From positions 38,564,001-38,628,000 of the forward strand of contig NC_086380.1 of the NCBI RefSeq assembly GCF_036588685.1: DNA of 64,000 bases, written 5' to 3'. Source of the DNA: Mytilus trossulus. Lineage: Eukaryota. Made by a program: the position numbers and the translations under genes. The notes beneath the pieces are model-generated. The model had not been told where the DNA came from. It did no database searches and worked only from the letters and a program-made list of their open reading frames with translations. Shown here one piece after another: positions 23,617 to 37,341 of the stretch (its first letter is position 1; each line of letters begins with the position of its first letter).

Positions 23617-26600
23617 TCAAGAACCATTTTTGTCTTTCTTCTTTTGCCTCGTTTTCTTCTTTTTCTTGCCTTTCCTTTTTCTGTTACGACCCCCTTTCCC
23701 CTTCCTACATTCCGTATAAATGGTTTTGCCTGGACAACATGAATAACAATTTTCTTTTTTCGTGCATTTGATCTTTCCATTAACACAATTTTTACAAAGC
23801 TTATCAATTCTACTCTTCTTCTTGACTTTACATTTTCCTTGAGTAGGTGTCGCTGTTGTGGTTGAAGACGATTGGCTCTGACATTGTGGATGAGTTATCT
23901 GCACCTTGCAACATAGTGTTTTACATTTTTCTTTCGGACGTTTCTTTTCCAAGCATTTTGTACACTGCTGGTCAGTACTATGTGTTGGTTTGGTTGTCTG
24001 ATTTTTGACTGTTAGATCTGTTGTTTTACTATCTTCTTTTGGAGCTGTTGTTCCTTGTTCTAGTTGCATGTCTTGGTCTGCAATAAGAGCTTAATTTAAA
24101 TATTGATATGACATACAGCAAAAAACAACAATTAAATTGTCTTTAATAATAAACGGGTTATTTTGCTTTAAACGTTATAAGCTCATAATTGGTATGTCTT
24201 CATCTGTCCAAGTGAAAGGGGAGGCACATATAAGGTCATATCCAACTTCTGTATAGTTCTGTTAATATCATATACCTACATACTTGATTACTGAAAGTTT
24301 TCATATTTTATTGACTTATTTTATTTAATATTTAATTATTAAGTCACTGTTTGGAAGGCATTTTTTTATAGAGCCATTTTGCCTAGTAGGGTAGGTTATC
24401 GCTTGATTATCGTACGAGGAATTTTAGATTTGATACTTTTGATATTTGAAAATTATTTATAAGAACACAATCTAAAAAAATGGTGCATGTAGTTTGACAT
24501 TTAAGTTGTAAAGAATTCAATTTGCGAATTTGTGCTGAATTGATTTCATACAATGGCAACTTTCAATGAAGTCCTTTTAACTTTACATATATTCATAGTA
24601 CTACAGCCAAATAAAGGCACCAGTAGTATACCACTGTTCATAAAGATAAGTACCTCGAGATTCTAATAATATTTTGAGCTTCTTTTTAAACATTTCCAGG
24701 TCATCGAGTCAAATTATTTAAGCCTTAAGACTTTCCAACGTCTCCATTTTTTAGAGATTTTAGCAAAAGTTGAGCATTTATTCCCAAAATGTGCAAGTAT
24801 TTAGCATCTTTAACCAAAACAAAAATATATGTTGGAAAAGAAAGGCGAAAAATATCATTGAATGATACAAAAACGTTCGTTTTGCTTGGTCTTAGCTAGC
24901 ATGTAAATATTGATTGATTGATAATCGATACGTTACGTCCAGTGACAACTATATCATACATGTGTGCTGCAGTTTATAAAATTTTTTCATCGAAATAATC
25001 AATTGGGTAAGAAATGTTTGTTAAGTGACATTAACCGTAATCATGCATTGAATAATCTTTTATTTATACCAATTTAATATAAATCTTACCCAATGTGATC
25101 ATGAGCTTTGGGTCTTTACCAAACTCGAAAATTCCGTCACATGCAGATTTTCCATTGTTTTCCTGTTTGTTTAGTCCTGTAAATTGACAAAAAAGTTCTA
25201 TTATAATTATATATATTATTATGTGAATTTATTTGCTCTCGTTATGCCGACATCGATTGTACTGAAAAAGCTAATGTAAACATTAAGTGCAAAATTATGA
25301 TTGATGCTGATTGTCTATACTTAGTATCACTGTTTGAATTGTATTTTTTTTTTATATTGTGGAATGCATTAGTAGAGGACCAATTAACGCCTGCAACTGT
25401 CTTTTGTGGGTATATGCTATGTTTTATCTGATAACCCAGATTACATCTAAAAATGTATTATAGTGCACTTATGTGCTTGCTCGAGATTCTGTGTGATAGC
25501 TCCCATAATTATCCTCTATTTTCCCTATTTCTGAGAGTAGCTTTACTTTTAAACTTACTTCTGAAACATATAACGAAGCCTTTACCACCTTTAGAGTTGT
25601 CAGTTTTGGATGAAAATTTGATGTTGACCTGGGTGTAGGGCGGGAATTCTTTACGAAAATCTTCCTTTTCAACCATGATCTCATTAATGGTCAACTGGTC
25701 GTTTTGCATATCGATGTCAAATAAGCTTATCTCTATTAAAACCCTGCTTCCGCCAGAAGTAGGTACGGTGATTGAAGTTTCGCAAGTTTTCTCAGTTTTT
25801 AAAATCTGATTTTCATCAAACATCGTTTTGTCGTAATTCCATGGTATATTTTGATGGCTTAGTATTACTCCACTATTTGCATGGGTTCCTATGTACTGGC
25901 TTTTACATATCAAATCTTTGAAGTACACACTATTTTGTGCAGCTAAAAGGTGAAGAAAACATAGAAAATGATTTTAAAGGAAATATTTGATTGTCATAAT
26001 TATCTTATTTAGTTAACATACACTCGCTGCATTAAAGACACATTGATGACAGTCGTCTGTTATCTGATCTTTGGTCTGGTTGATGTCTATGACACATTCG
26101 CAATTTTACTAATTTTTCAGCTTCAATCGAATTCTCAAACTCCCGATATTATCCGCGATTTGTTTAACATCTTAAAACACTTAGCAAAGTAATCAAAACG
26201 GAGTTTGAGATAAACGTTAAGGTGGAAAAATAGAAAAGCTCAAAGTGCTGTTTTTTCTAAACTTGATTTGTGGGGATGTAGAAGTAAGGTTTAGTCTTAA
26301 TCATTTGTTAATAGATGCATGTTTTTATTTGTTTTTGATTGGCTTTGTGCTAGCTGTCAGTAACTTTGAATACTCTAATATCTGTACTTAGTGTCTTTGA
26401 GGATGTGTACGTGTCATTCTACTTTCACTGTTTGATTTGTTTTTTGCTTTTGTGCTTCGTATCGATCTGATGAATGAAAGTCCTTTTCAACTGATATTTA
26501 TAGTGCATATGTTGTACTGTCTTTTTTTTGTTTTACTTGCCTTTGATACAAATCCAGTCCTGGACTATTATTGATTGTGCCTGATTTACACATGTTCTTG

Positions 26601-29600
26601 TAAAAATCGGTGTCAAGGGAAACTTGATGAAACAGGATTGTTTCCAATAACAATCAGCTATATCTGCATAAAGATCTACAGGTCGGCCAACACAAGGAGG
26701 CTCAGTATTCTGAAAGAATTGACCAGAGGCCGGACATTTGTCAGATGAGGCATCAATTATTGGTTTATAAATAACAGATCCTAGTGGACAGCTAATGTTT
26801 ATGGATTTACATAAGTCATTTTCTGGAGGTACAGGAAAACACGAAGACTTGGTAGGAGAATTTGCCTCTGAAAAAATAAACCGTAAAATTATAAAATTAT
26901 AAAACAGGGAAACATGTTTTTTGGAAAGATAACTAGTTATTTATAAATGTTTACTCATTCATTATAAGTAAGATTGACAAATGCAATCAATAGCCAGGCG
27001 GAGCATCAACTTGTATGTAATTGAATATTTGAAAGACATTTATTTAAACAAAACAAGCAAGCCAACCAAACCTTAAAACTGAAAGCATTAAGAAAATAGC
27101 TCTTAATAACATGAAAACAACAAGAAAAGGTAGAATTAAAAAAAGATTTAACGGGTACAAGTTTATCAAAACATTCAATACCGTAAACCCTCCAAATGAA
27201 ACAGTTGAAGATATTTAATTTATACGTCAAAAATAAACATCCAAATGTCAATACTAAAATGACCATAGTTTCTGTTATATATGACATATGGCCATGACAC
27301 TTGGCAAACTATCTCATTATTGCCTAAGCTAACGTTATGCAAAGTTTTATAAAGATTGGTCAAGTATTTCTGTCCTAAGAGATGGATTCCTGAAATCTAG
27401 ATTCTGTACTTTGGGTACTTTCCTGAATGATTTGCTGGTTTCAATTTGTCAAACTCAACAAAAGTAAAGGATTTACATCTTTGGTTTACAGAAATTCTGT
27501 AAAAAAATGCCATTTTGGCATTCTACAGCTCAAATAAGCATTTTAAAGCAGTTTACATTTTATGCCTAAAAGGCATGCAGACTTTCTATCTGACACCTTT
27601 TTTGATTCTGATATTTGTGTTTCTATGCTTAAATCAAATTAAATTAACCATTTGTGAACTCTGAATAAAGAGAAAAGTAGATTATCACAGAAAAAAGTGC
27701 ATCATATTTTGTATTCATGGCCCTGGTTAAACGGCCTAATTGATGTATGTAAAATGTGAAGTGCTTTGTACATCAAATCTGTAGTCCATCATAAATATTT
27801 CACTAAATCTGTAAAAAAAAGTATTTAACTATATTCAGTACACCTTACTCCTTTAAAGGCTACCATATGTTTTTTCCTGTATGATAGTAAGTGGTCAAAA
27901 TTTATGCCTATTGAGACTAAAACTAAATGCAAGTTTTCCATCGAAAAGTGAAAAAACAGGCCGTCAGACCATATTGTCTTTCAAAAAATTTAAATGCAAG
28001 AGTCCTTTTGGCATTGCATTTAGACTTCTTGTATCATAACATCTTAGCATAGAAATGAACAAAAAGTAACACATTTTCACTTCTGATAGCTTCTGTGTGC
28101 AATTCTATATGTCAATATGGACTACCGCCTACATTGACTCTAAATAATTCTCAGTACTACATGCTCCAAGACCATTTTATACTCATGTGGTATTCTTTTT
28201 GTAACTTTTCTATACATTTAAAGTGCATTTAATATATATGAAAGAATAATTTAAGCTTAAAAAACTTCAAAAACTTCAAATTGGCTGAGAAAAATGCATA
28301 TTTATATAAGGCTTCCCTGAATTGGAAAATCTCTATTTTCAGGCATAGGCGCATATAAATTTGACTTTGGAATAAATACAATACATCTGATAAATAAATT
28401 AGTATGCAGATGCTTTTAATACTAAAAATCTAATATTCAAGAGCATTTAAAAAGCAAATTTTTGCAAATTTTCAAGTTTTTAGGCCAAAATCTTGACAGT
28501 TGAAGATATTTAATTTATACGTCAAAAATAAACATCCAAATGTCAATACTAAAATGACCATAGTTTCTGTTATATATGACATATGGCCATGAAACTTGGC
28601 AAACTATCTCATCATTGCCTAAGCTTAGGTTATGCAAAGTTTAATAAAGATTGGTCAAGTCTTTCTGTCCTATTAGGTCCAAGGACACAGTAACCGTCCT
28701 TTGGTTTCGTTATATAGTCCCTAGTGTAAACAGTGTATAACTTGCATGTTTTATTTAATACACTTTCCCAATTTATTTCTTTATATTAAATGCATGAAAT
28801 ATTAAGTAGGGGGATGTAATTACATGTCAAAAAAATTTGGGTGTTGAAACTTTATGTTAAGTAGTAAATTGGTCCAGTTCTAAAAGGTCAAATTTTATCA
28901 CGTCTGAAGCTGTCAAACTGAATTTTACACCCCCTTAACACAGAATTGTCAATATTTTGAGTTAGAGCTGGGAGAAGTTTCTATAATTTTGATATTATTT
29001 GTCTCACTGGTAGTACACTACACTGTAAAAATAATTTTGAGAAAGAGCAGGTGCGATTTTTTTAATTTGAATTTATTGTCTAAAAGAAATGCACTACGAA
29101 ATAACTGTGTTCTCGGGCCATTTGCGCCAAAAAAAATCTTTCATTTTTGCGCCACAAACCATATTTCATTTGCGCCAAAAATAAAACTTTTCACTTGCGC
29201 GTATAATACGGATGAATGCAGGTAATTGTATAAAAAATAGTTTAAAAAAAATCTTTTAATAGTAAAGGCAGTTTTGATTGCATAATTAATCATTGATTCC
29301 TCAGAAATCATTCGAAATAAAACCATAAAAGTAATTTTAAAACATATTTTTCATTTTAAGTTCAATTAGGTAAATATTAAACATAATTATATAACTTGCA
29401 GTAACTTCACGTATTAAGGCAGTTATACATCAGTTGCTTTAATGTTTAACGGACACGATTTTTCCAAAACTAATATTAATAAAGAAAAGCAGCTCGGACC
29501 AAGCTAATTTATTATGCCCGCGTCACACTGTCCCGATTTTTATTTACGATGGACACCCGAATGCGAAAATTGTAATTTCGTACGAAGTTGGTCCCGATCT

Positions 29601-31264
29601 CGTTAAAATACCAAAAAGTGACTGAAGCAAGTACGATGAATAACGAAGTCTATACGATGGTGCCGAAATTATATACGATAGAAAAAGATGGACAAACGAA
29701 GGTTAACCGAAGACGGGTATTTAAGCTTCATATCTCAGCCGAAGCCTATACGATGATTGCACGATGGCCATACGATGTCTAAAAGACGATTTCATATACA
29801 AATACAGTGTCCATATTTGTCCCCAATATGTTATATACGAGGGGATGCCACGCTCGGCATTGCCTTGTTTGAACTGTAAAATGTGTGCACTAGTCTAAAT
29901 AATCACCCATAAGTATGCCCATGTTTACTGATCTATCCATTTTATTCAAAAAGAGCTCTTTCCAGGAGAATATCATAATAATATAGACAAAAGGAAGGAT
30001 TTGGAGAAAGCAACAAATGCGACAAAAACTGACATACAGAAAACAAAATGGTTATGGAGAAAACATTCGTGTGACAACAACTCAGACGATACATAAAAAA
30101 TCAGAATAATGAAGAAAAAGTTGGTTTCCCTATATACGTGTACCTGCAGTGTTGGTGTACAAGGCGCGTAATTGACAAAAATTGACAAAAAATAATATTT
30201 TACTTGTAAAAGTAAACCCTGAGCCTGTAATAGCTGCTCTTCTTGGTCCATTTGAATTAATAGAAAAAACGATGTCGCCTTTCTTGTTCTCATAGAATCA
30301 TATGATATGAGCTCCATGTTTTGTGAACGTCTTTCTTAACTGTCGTATTAGACAGACCAGTGCATATCGCGTATGGCACTAAATGTATTTTAGCGCGAAA
30401 ATTAACTTTCATTTAGCTGGATTTATGGCCGTCGTAGTCCCATCTTGTCGCCTTCGTACTTTTATCCGATGGCAACACGACGGGATTACGAGGTCTTCAC
30501 AAACTCGTGTTGCCATCGTAATACCTTCGGGTAGCTTCGTGATTCATTCGTGAAGACATCGTAATGTCAAAACTGCCCGATGGAAACGATGGAAACACGA
30601 ATGCTATACGATGTTCAAAGATGCATGGTGAGGATGGTTATACGAACTCAATACGAACCCTCAACATCGAATGCACCTTCGGGGATTTTTTAACATGTTA
30701 AAAAAATTAGAACCCTTCCCGAAGTTGTCCCCGAAAGCTAGAAAAAAAGGCCGATGGTTCTACGATGGTTAAAGATGGCACTGCGAATAGCCCGATCTGG
30801 ATACGATCAGTCCCGATTTTGAAAATTTCCATAATTGTGTTGCCATCGGCGTAAAAATCGGGACAGTGTGACGCGGGCATAAGTGTTTTTTAAAGTTTTA
30901 TTTATTTGTTTTTCAGGGGTCATACTTAAATAACAATGCACCTCGTATGATTTCCACAATATTATTAACATAAATATTACTAGTAATTTAAATATATTAT
31001 TCAAATTACATTGTTGATGACATCATTAAATGTGTTGTTGTCTTTTATATTTGAACGACACCGGTTACTTTCAGGTCTACTTAGAGCTCGTTCAAAACGG
31101 CGGAAAATAAGAATGTAAATTTTAAACGTTTTTTGTAAGATAATATGAATAATTATTTACTACAAAAAGAATAAAATTAAATCATAATAATGCCTGAAAA
31201 TAATCCTACCTGCTTGGGAAATATATCTAAAAACCACAATACTAAGCACAGTAATAAATGCCAT
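23617..31264 (-). CDS. Secreted SUEL/Gal-lectin-like + CUB-like protein with Thr-rich linker and Cys/Lys/Arg-rich tail (437 aa, 5 exons)
   Basis: Exons: 31264-31210 (MAFITVLSIVVFRYISQA, donor CAG|GTAGG); 26867-26541 (ISCPLGSVI...C...C...CYWKQSC...C...WICIK); 25942-25559 (ICK..SGVILSH...CETSI...FSSK...GKGFVICF); 25176-25090; 24077-23617. All introns are phase 1, and the 1314 nt total is open to the stop. Exon 1 is the least certain. Confidence 0.78.
27201..28671. repeat. About 175-bp direct repeats (27201-27376 and 28496-28671) flanking 1.1 kb; probable TE insertion in intron 1
   Basis: ACAGTTGAAGATATTTAATTTATACGTC...GATTGGTCAAGT.TTTCTGTCCTA is present twice, 1295 bp apart, with only a few mismatches. 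Confidence 0.85.
29515..30879. mobile_element. PIF/Harbinger non-autonomous element
   Basis: TIR TGCCCGCGTCACACTGTCCCGATTTTTA / TAAAAATCGGGACAGTGTGACGCGGGCA with TTA/TAA flanks and ACGAT-rich subterminal repeats. Confidence 0.88.
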
Positions 31265-32955
31265 GGGATATAGTACGTCCTATACTATACTGTAAATAGC
31301 AGTGAGTGTAACATGGACTACAAATGTAACAAACATGTATTTGAGAGTATATATGAACAATACATGTAATATGATCTAAGACATAGTGTTGTACTATAAT
31401 AATGATTGGGCGGCATATTTGTCTATATCCTTAACTGGTTGGAGTAGTATACTTCCCTTTCATTAAGTTATGTTTCAAGTGAGCTAGATAAAAATAGCAC
31501 TACCCCTCTCAAAGGTGAAATGTTACGTATTTTACAGATTACTGATTAAGTATTTAAATGCCTTTGTCTTTTATCTATACAAATTATGATCTCACTATTT
31601 ATACATGTTATAAACATATGCTTTTCCTGTTTGAAGTAAAGAGGGAAAGTTAAAATCACTTTTAAGCGAATGGAAAAACCGGTATATGTATATAAAAAAC
31701 CTACAGAATTAGAAATTTTGGCCATGCCAATCGTTGTTACTCTAACGAAATATATTTATTATTATACTTATCCTTGTGCTATTTTCGTAATTCGGACGAA
31801 ACATATTTATTATTATACTTATCCTTGTGCGATATTTTGTAAAATATACAAAGTAAACCAAGGACAACCAAGTAGTTTATATAGGTCAGTCTTAGTGGCT
31901 GAGAGGTCAAGGTTGTTCTTCGTTTACTATATTGGTTAAGAGAACTTGACAGGCTCAAATGTACCAGTACTTACAGAACTATACTTTTAGAATACTATGA
32001 ATTGTTTATCAAAAGGCGTTACACTATGTAATGGTTACATGAAAATTGATAGAAACATGTATATCATTTTCATTCTCTCTAATCCGAACAATCGAATTAA
32101 AAAAAAAAGTTTTATCGTTAACTTTAACAGTAAACATTATCAGAGATGATCGACATGTAAATGTTGTTAACACACTTAATTTATTCGCGTTCATGTAACT
32201 TTGATGAGAAAGAGAACTTTTTCTTTTCTTTTTACCGCTTGTTGATAGATTTTAAGGCAAGAAATAATTATCTATTTTGTTATTTCAGGAAATATTTTGG
32301 GATATTTTCTAATTTACTTGTAATTCAGTGCTTGTCGTCGGTTCATCACTTCAGCGATTATTTGTTTGAATTAAAATTGTTTTGTTATTACATTGTAGGT
32401 AGGCCTTTAGCTTTTTCAATTGAATATTGTTTCATATTTTTCATGTCTTTTTCCAGTATAGTTAAATCGTTTTATACTGCAATCGTTCTATTTAAGCAGA
32501 CAAAATGCGTTGACCGTATATTTCTATGTTATATACAGTCAATGACCTGATATCATTTTTCATCATGAACATTTAAATAGAAATTGTCGAAATTATATTT
32601 AATTATTCATACGACCTCTTCAACCTGTTCTTGTTTCCAATGTAAGCAACGATGTGTTTAACGACTCAAACTTGTTTTTTTACAATTTTTGTGAAAACAT
32701 ATTTCACTTATTAATATTTTTTGTTTGCAACCTATAAATCATTATGTTTTATGTTTATTGTTGATATTTTAGTCTGTAAACAAACGAATTCGTTCACCAT
32801 TGATTGCGTAATGATGTACATTTCGTCGTGTTGTATATTTCTTCGCCTGTGTGATAAGAGGCCTTTTTAAAGGAGGATTTTCCCCCAATATTTAAATCAA
32901 ATAAATAACATTAACACACTAAACAACAATTGAAAATGTTTTTTTTAGATTATAA

Positions 32956-33104
32956 AGACAATAATAGTGCATTGACTTGACATATCAACAATATAAGGAT
33001 TCGGTCCGAAACTGGGAAAATGCTCGGCATAGCCTCGCATTTCCCCGTTTCTAAGCCTCATCCGTATATCGTTGATATGTCAAGTCAATGCACTATTATT
33101 GTCT
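32956..33104. repeat. Palindromic mini-element
   Basis: AGACAATAATAGTGCATTGACTTGACATATCAAC pairs perfectly with GTTGATATGTCAAGTCAATGCACTATTATTGTCT. Confidence 0.9.
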
Positions 33105-34228
33105 ATATCTCGATATATGTATATCGTTATCTCGATATTTATATCGTTATATCGATATATTTATTTCGTTTTTTCGATATAATAATACCGTTATCTCGAT
33201 ATTTATATAGTTCAGGTTAAATTAAAGTCATGAGATACGAGTGACCGATGAAAAAAAATGTGCTTCAAATTCTTGAACCAATGCATACAAACATTATAAA
33301 CTTAGTCTTCTGTGCACGAATTTATCATTTTTTCGCATAAATTTCGTATAATCGTCAAATTTTTTTTAATCGGTCAGTGTTGTGAAAATATGCCAGTTAA
33401 TTAAAGTTTTTTAGGTAATTTAACGATTGCCACCTGTTTGTCAACAATCAACACAAAAGCAACAAAAATGCATTGGAATTGAGCAAAATTCAGATAAAAG
33501 TGTATCTTAGTTTATTTTAAGGACATTCATGCGTATTGCGATCACCGGATTTTAACGAGATGGGTCGTACTGAGGTTACTTTGCATACGGAAAATATGTC
33601 GAGGGGATTGCTTCAGGAAGGAAGCAATTAACATAAAGTAAACTTCTACTAAATATGAATATATTCAAGATTTTTCTTCAGAAAAAAAAGTATATGTACA
33701 TAAGTTTTATACTGAAAACTATCCATTGAGTTATAAAAAAACACATTCATTTTTTTTTTAATTTGAGGTTTCTAATGACTTTCAAAAAATGCAAATAAAG
33801 GGCTATAGCTCTGAAATAGATTTCCCGATCAACCAAAACTTAAATTTCACCAGAAGCAGATAATTTTGATAATGTATACGTACTGATCAATTTTACTCTC
33901 TGCTAGATTTTGACATCTGTATATTTTTTTGATTTTTTTACAAAAAGGTGCCATAAGCCCACTGAACTATATGTTTATATTCAGCTAACAAAATAATTAT
34001 ATCGCAATAACGATATGATAACATCGAAATACATAAATAAATATATTATTTTAGCGATATAAATATCGAAATAACGATATAAATATCGAAATAACGATAT
34101 AAATATACACGATTAAATTATATCGAAATAAAGATTTAACTATATCGAAATAACGATTTATATAATATTTATATTGAGATAACGATATAATATTATTTTG
34201 TTTGTAGGTCACCTTTAGGCTTCCGTAA
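33105..34228. repeat. Inverted blocks of about 20-bp ATATCGAAATAACGAT repeats (TE subterminal repeats)
   Basis: ATCGTTATCTCGATAT arrays at 33105-33210 mirror ATATCGAAATAACGAT arrays at 33995-34190. Confidence 0.65.
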
Positions 34229-34751
34229 AATTTAAGCGTCTGTATTGTTTCCCTGATGCCTTTAAGCCCTAGTCACACTGTCGTTTACTGCGTTTCAAAA
34301 TTCTACGTTTCAACAAAGTTTTGACCAAAAAGGTCCCGTTATTTTGAAAACTAGGTTTTACCTGGTTTGTGCTACGTTCTTACCACGTTTTGCTACGTAT
34401 AGTACGTGTAGACCCACGTTTTCACCACGCATTGATACGTTTTGATACGTAGTAAGCACGTTTTGTTGCGTTCCTCTTAGCTTTGATACGTATTTACTAG
34501 CTTTTTAAGCCTCAGTCACACTGTCACGTTTCGACAGCTAGGTTTTAGTACGTGTAGAAATGCTACGTTTCATGGCATTTTTTTGTCATTTTTAACGGTC
34601 CGTACGTTTAACTAGGTTTACGCCACGTTTTGATACGTTCTTCTACGTATTGTTTCGTTTTGTTACGATTTGCTAGGTTTTTTTATAACTACAAGGGGTA
34701 CGTTCTACTAGGTTTTAATACGCTTCAGTACGTATAAACTACGTTTTACTA

Positions 34752-36788
34752 GTAGAGGTAACCGGTGAGATCACGAATCACGTACGAATCACGAACGTAT
34801 CACCTAATTTGCCGTATGACACGAAGCGGGATCATTAATTTTAAGTAAGGATGTGTAACTGTTTATGAGTATCTCGCTTTGATTATAAGTGCATTTTTTT
34901 ATTGATTGATACGCGTACTGCCTATTTTATTCTTTTTATTGTGTATGTCGTCGTCAGTCACGAAACATTTTCTGGTGGGAGTGGAGGGGGGATATATTTT
35001 TTAAAACAAAATATTTTGATTCTGATTTCGGTAAAAGAATTAATTCTGGCCAGCACAGAGAGTAGAACACGACCGTTTAATTTGTAGGGGAAAAGGGGGG
35101 CTGAAATAAAAAGGCAGGACCGGCCATAAGGAAATCATAAAAAGATAAAAAGATAGGCTCGCTTATTTTTCATTATTGCAAATTTGAAGCTTTTAAAAAC
35201 AAGTAACAACTTTCATTGGATGCAGGTCTAAACTCCCAAACCACACATCTCGCGTTGAAATTGTGACCAGAACATGAGTTTAACATTTAACTTGCAGGGA
35301 AAAAGGGGGGTATTTTTCTGAAATAGATAACTTGATTCTAAATTCTTAGAAACTGAACGAAAAAAGAATGGCTAGAAATGGCGCCAAAAATAATTTCTGA
35401 CGAGAAGATTGGACATGTCCTTCCTTGAACATGCCCTTTCCCCATACTGGTCTCTTAGTTTAAAATTTCTGTCCCAATCTTAGATTTGCCTGATAAGTTT
35501 CGCCTGGTCAATTCTTAGGGCTGAAATTAACGACCAAGTCATATAATAAGGTTTTAAATTTCATACCCAGTCATGTATTTGACGAGTTGAAAAATTATTA
35601 ATTCTTACGGAATGCTATATATTTATACTTTTAATATATGAATTGACCCCTCGTTTGAAAAGCTGAAAAGCTTTAGAAAAAATAAACTGGAAATTTGTAT
35701 TAATTCGAATCATTGTTTAAAATGAGCTAAATAACAAAAAGGCGGAGATTCCTTCTACTTTTTGTACTTAGGGAAAAAGAAAAAAAAATAGAATACCAAA
35801 TACTTAACCGAAAACTTCATATAAATATACTATGTGTTCTTTCGCAGAATGACCAATGAATTATAACCAATTTAGATATAATAATATAATTTTATAATTC
35901 CAGCGTATCAAGTTCCAAATTTTTTTCGGCGTTCTATTCTGGACAAAATATACTAAATAATACCAGCAACACCGCATACTAAATGGGGGTTAGTAGACGA
36001 CCCTTTGATTCTAGGATCGGAGCTGGCAGGTCAAGTAAATAAATTTGTTTGTCAGGAAAATAATAGTAATAAATATGCTGGCTCCCACCTAAAATAAACT
36101 GGCTTCCAAACTCTATTATACGGTAAAATGATACATGTGTAATAAACAATCCTCCTCAAAGAAATATGATCGATACCCGCTTTAACTGATATATAAAATA
36201 ATATAAAGTAAAAAGACGGAAGGAAATAATATATTTGATTTTAAATTCTTAAGAAAAAATCTTATCTTGGCTAATAACCACCAAAAAATAGTGTTAAATT
36301 TAAAAAAAAAATAAAAAAAATTGTCGCGCCGCATATTTTTTTTCAAGTTAAATGGTCGGTTCCTACTAGTTAAAATGTTTAATTTAGAACAAATATATAT
36401 TCAATATCTTCTATATTTTTTTCTTTCAAACAAACGCGCCGTGGTTAATTAATAGATTGTCCCCATGATTAAACCATGCTATCATTCCACGTGACTATTA
36501 AAAGTGTAGAAGGTGATCACCACAGGTATACATTTATACGTACTGCTTCGTTTTGATCCGTACTTAGGCATTTCCGGTATATAAAATACTTAGTCTTATA
36601 TATCCATCCTTATACTTGAAAGCTCGTATTGTATCGTTGTTTTCTAATAAAGGGAACTTTGTGAGGTGTCAGTGGTATTTTAGGACATTATTCGATTTCA
36701 ATAAACTTTAACCAATATGAAAATCACTGCTCCTAATACGTTCGTTCGTCATTATTCGTCGGTTCGTGATCTCACCGGTTACCTCTAC
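34752..36788. mobile_element. Non-autonomous DNA transposon with TA TSD nested in the Harbinger element
   Basis: 26-bp perfect TIR GTAGAGGTAACCGGTGAGATCACGAA / TTCGTGATCTCACCGGTTACCTCTAC, with TA on both sides. Confidence 0.88.
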
Positions 36789-37341
36789 TACGGTTAACTA
36801 CGTTTCACTACGTATTACTAGGGTTTAGTACGTTTCTAAATCGGTTCAAGAACGCTTTTGCACGATTTCCTACGATTTAGCAAGTTTATTGCACGCAGTA
36901 TCACGTGTCACTACGCTGTGATCAGTTATCATGAAACGGCATCATTATTCAATAAAATTTAGAAAGGACAGAGATGCAAAGAGGGAGCAGAGTAACTAAA
37001 ACAAATCTGGAGACATTAATAGAGGTACACTTTATAATTATTAATACATCTGTCATTGTAATTAAATTATTTTGTTCCAATTTTATGGTCTAAAAATTTA
37101 GATTTTTTGTACTCAAAAGAAAGATTTTATTGTTTTTTCTTTCAGATAAGATTTTTGTTGAGTGGATACATGAATCATGAAAAACATTTAAAGCTTTGGT
37201 TAGAACATTGTCAATGCTTTCCCTTTTATAATAATTGCTCTTTTGAAATATTCTACGTTGCACATTGTCCGTTTTAAATCCAATTTTCCTCTTACCGGTA
37301 TTTGATTTATCTTTTAGTGTGTTTCAAACCAGACCGTTCTG

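Noticed and set aside
30807-31004. ORF MNNIFKLLVIFMLIILW as the signal-peptide exon of the lectin-CUB gene
   Set aside because: It begins at TTG, the nearest upstream ATG is followed by TAA, and it runs into a MITE. The 31264-31210 exon has an ATG, a better donor and the right phase.
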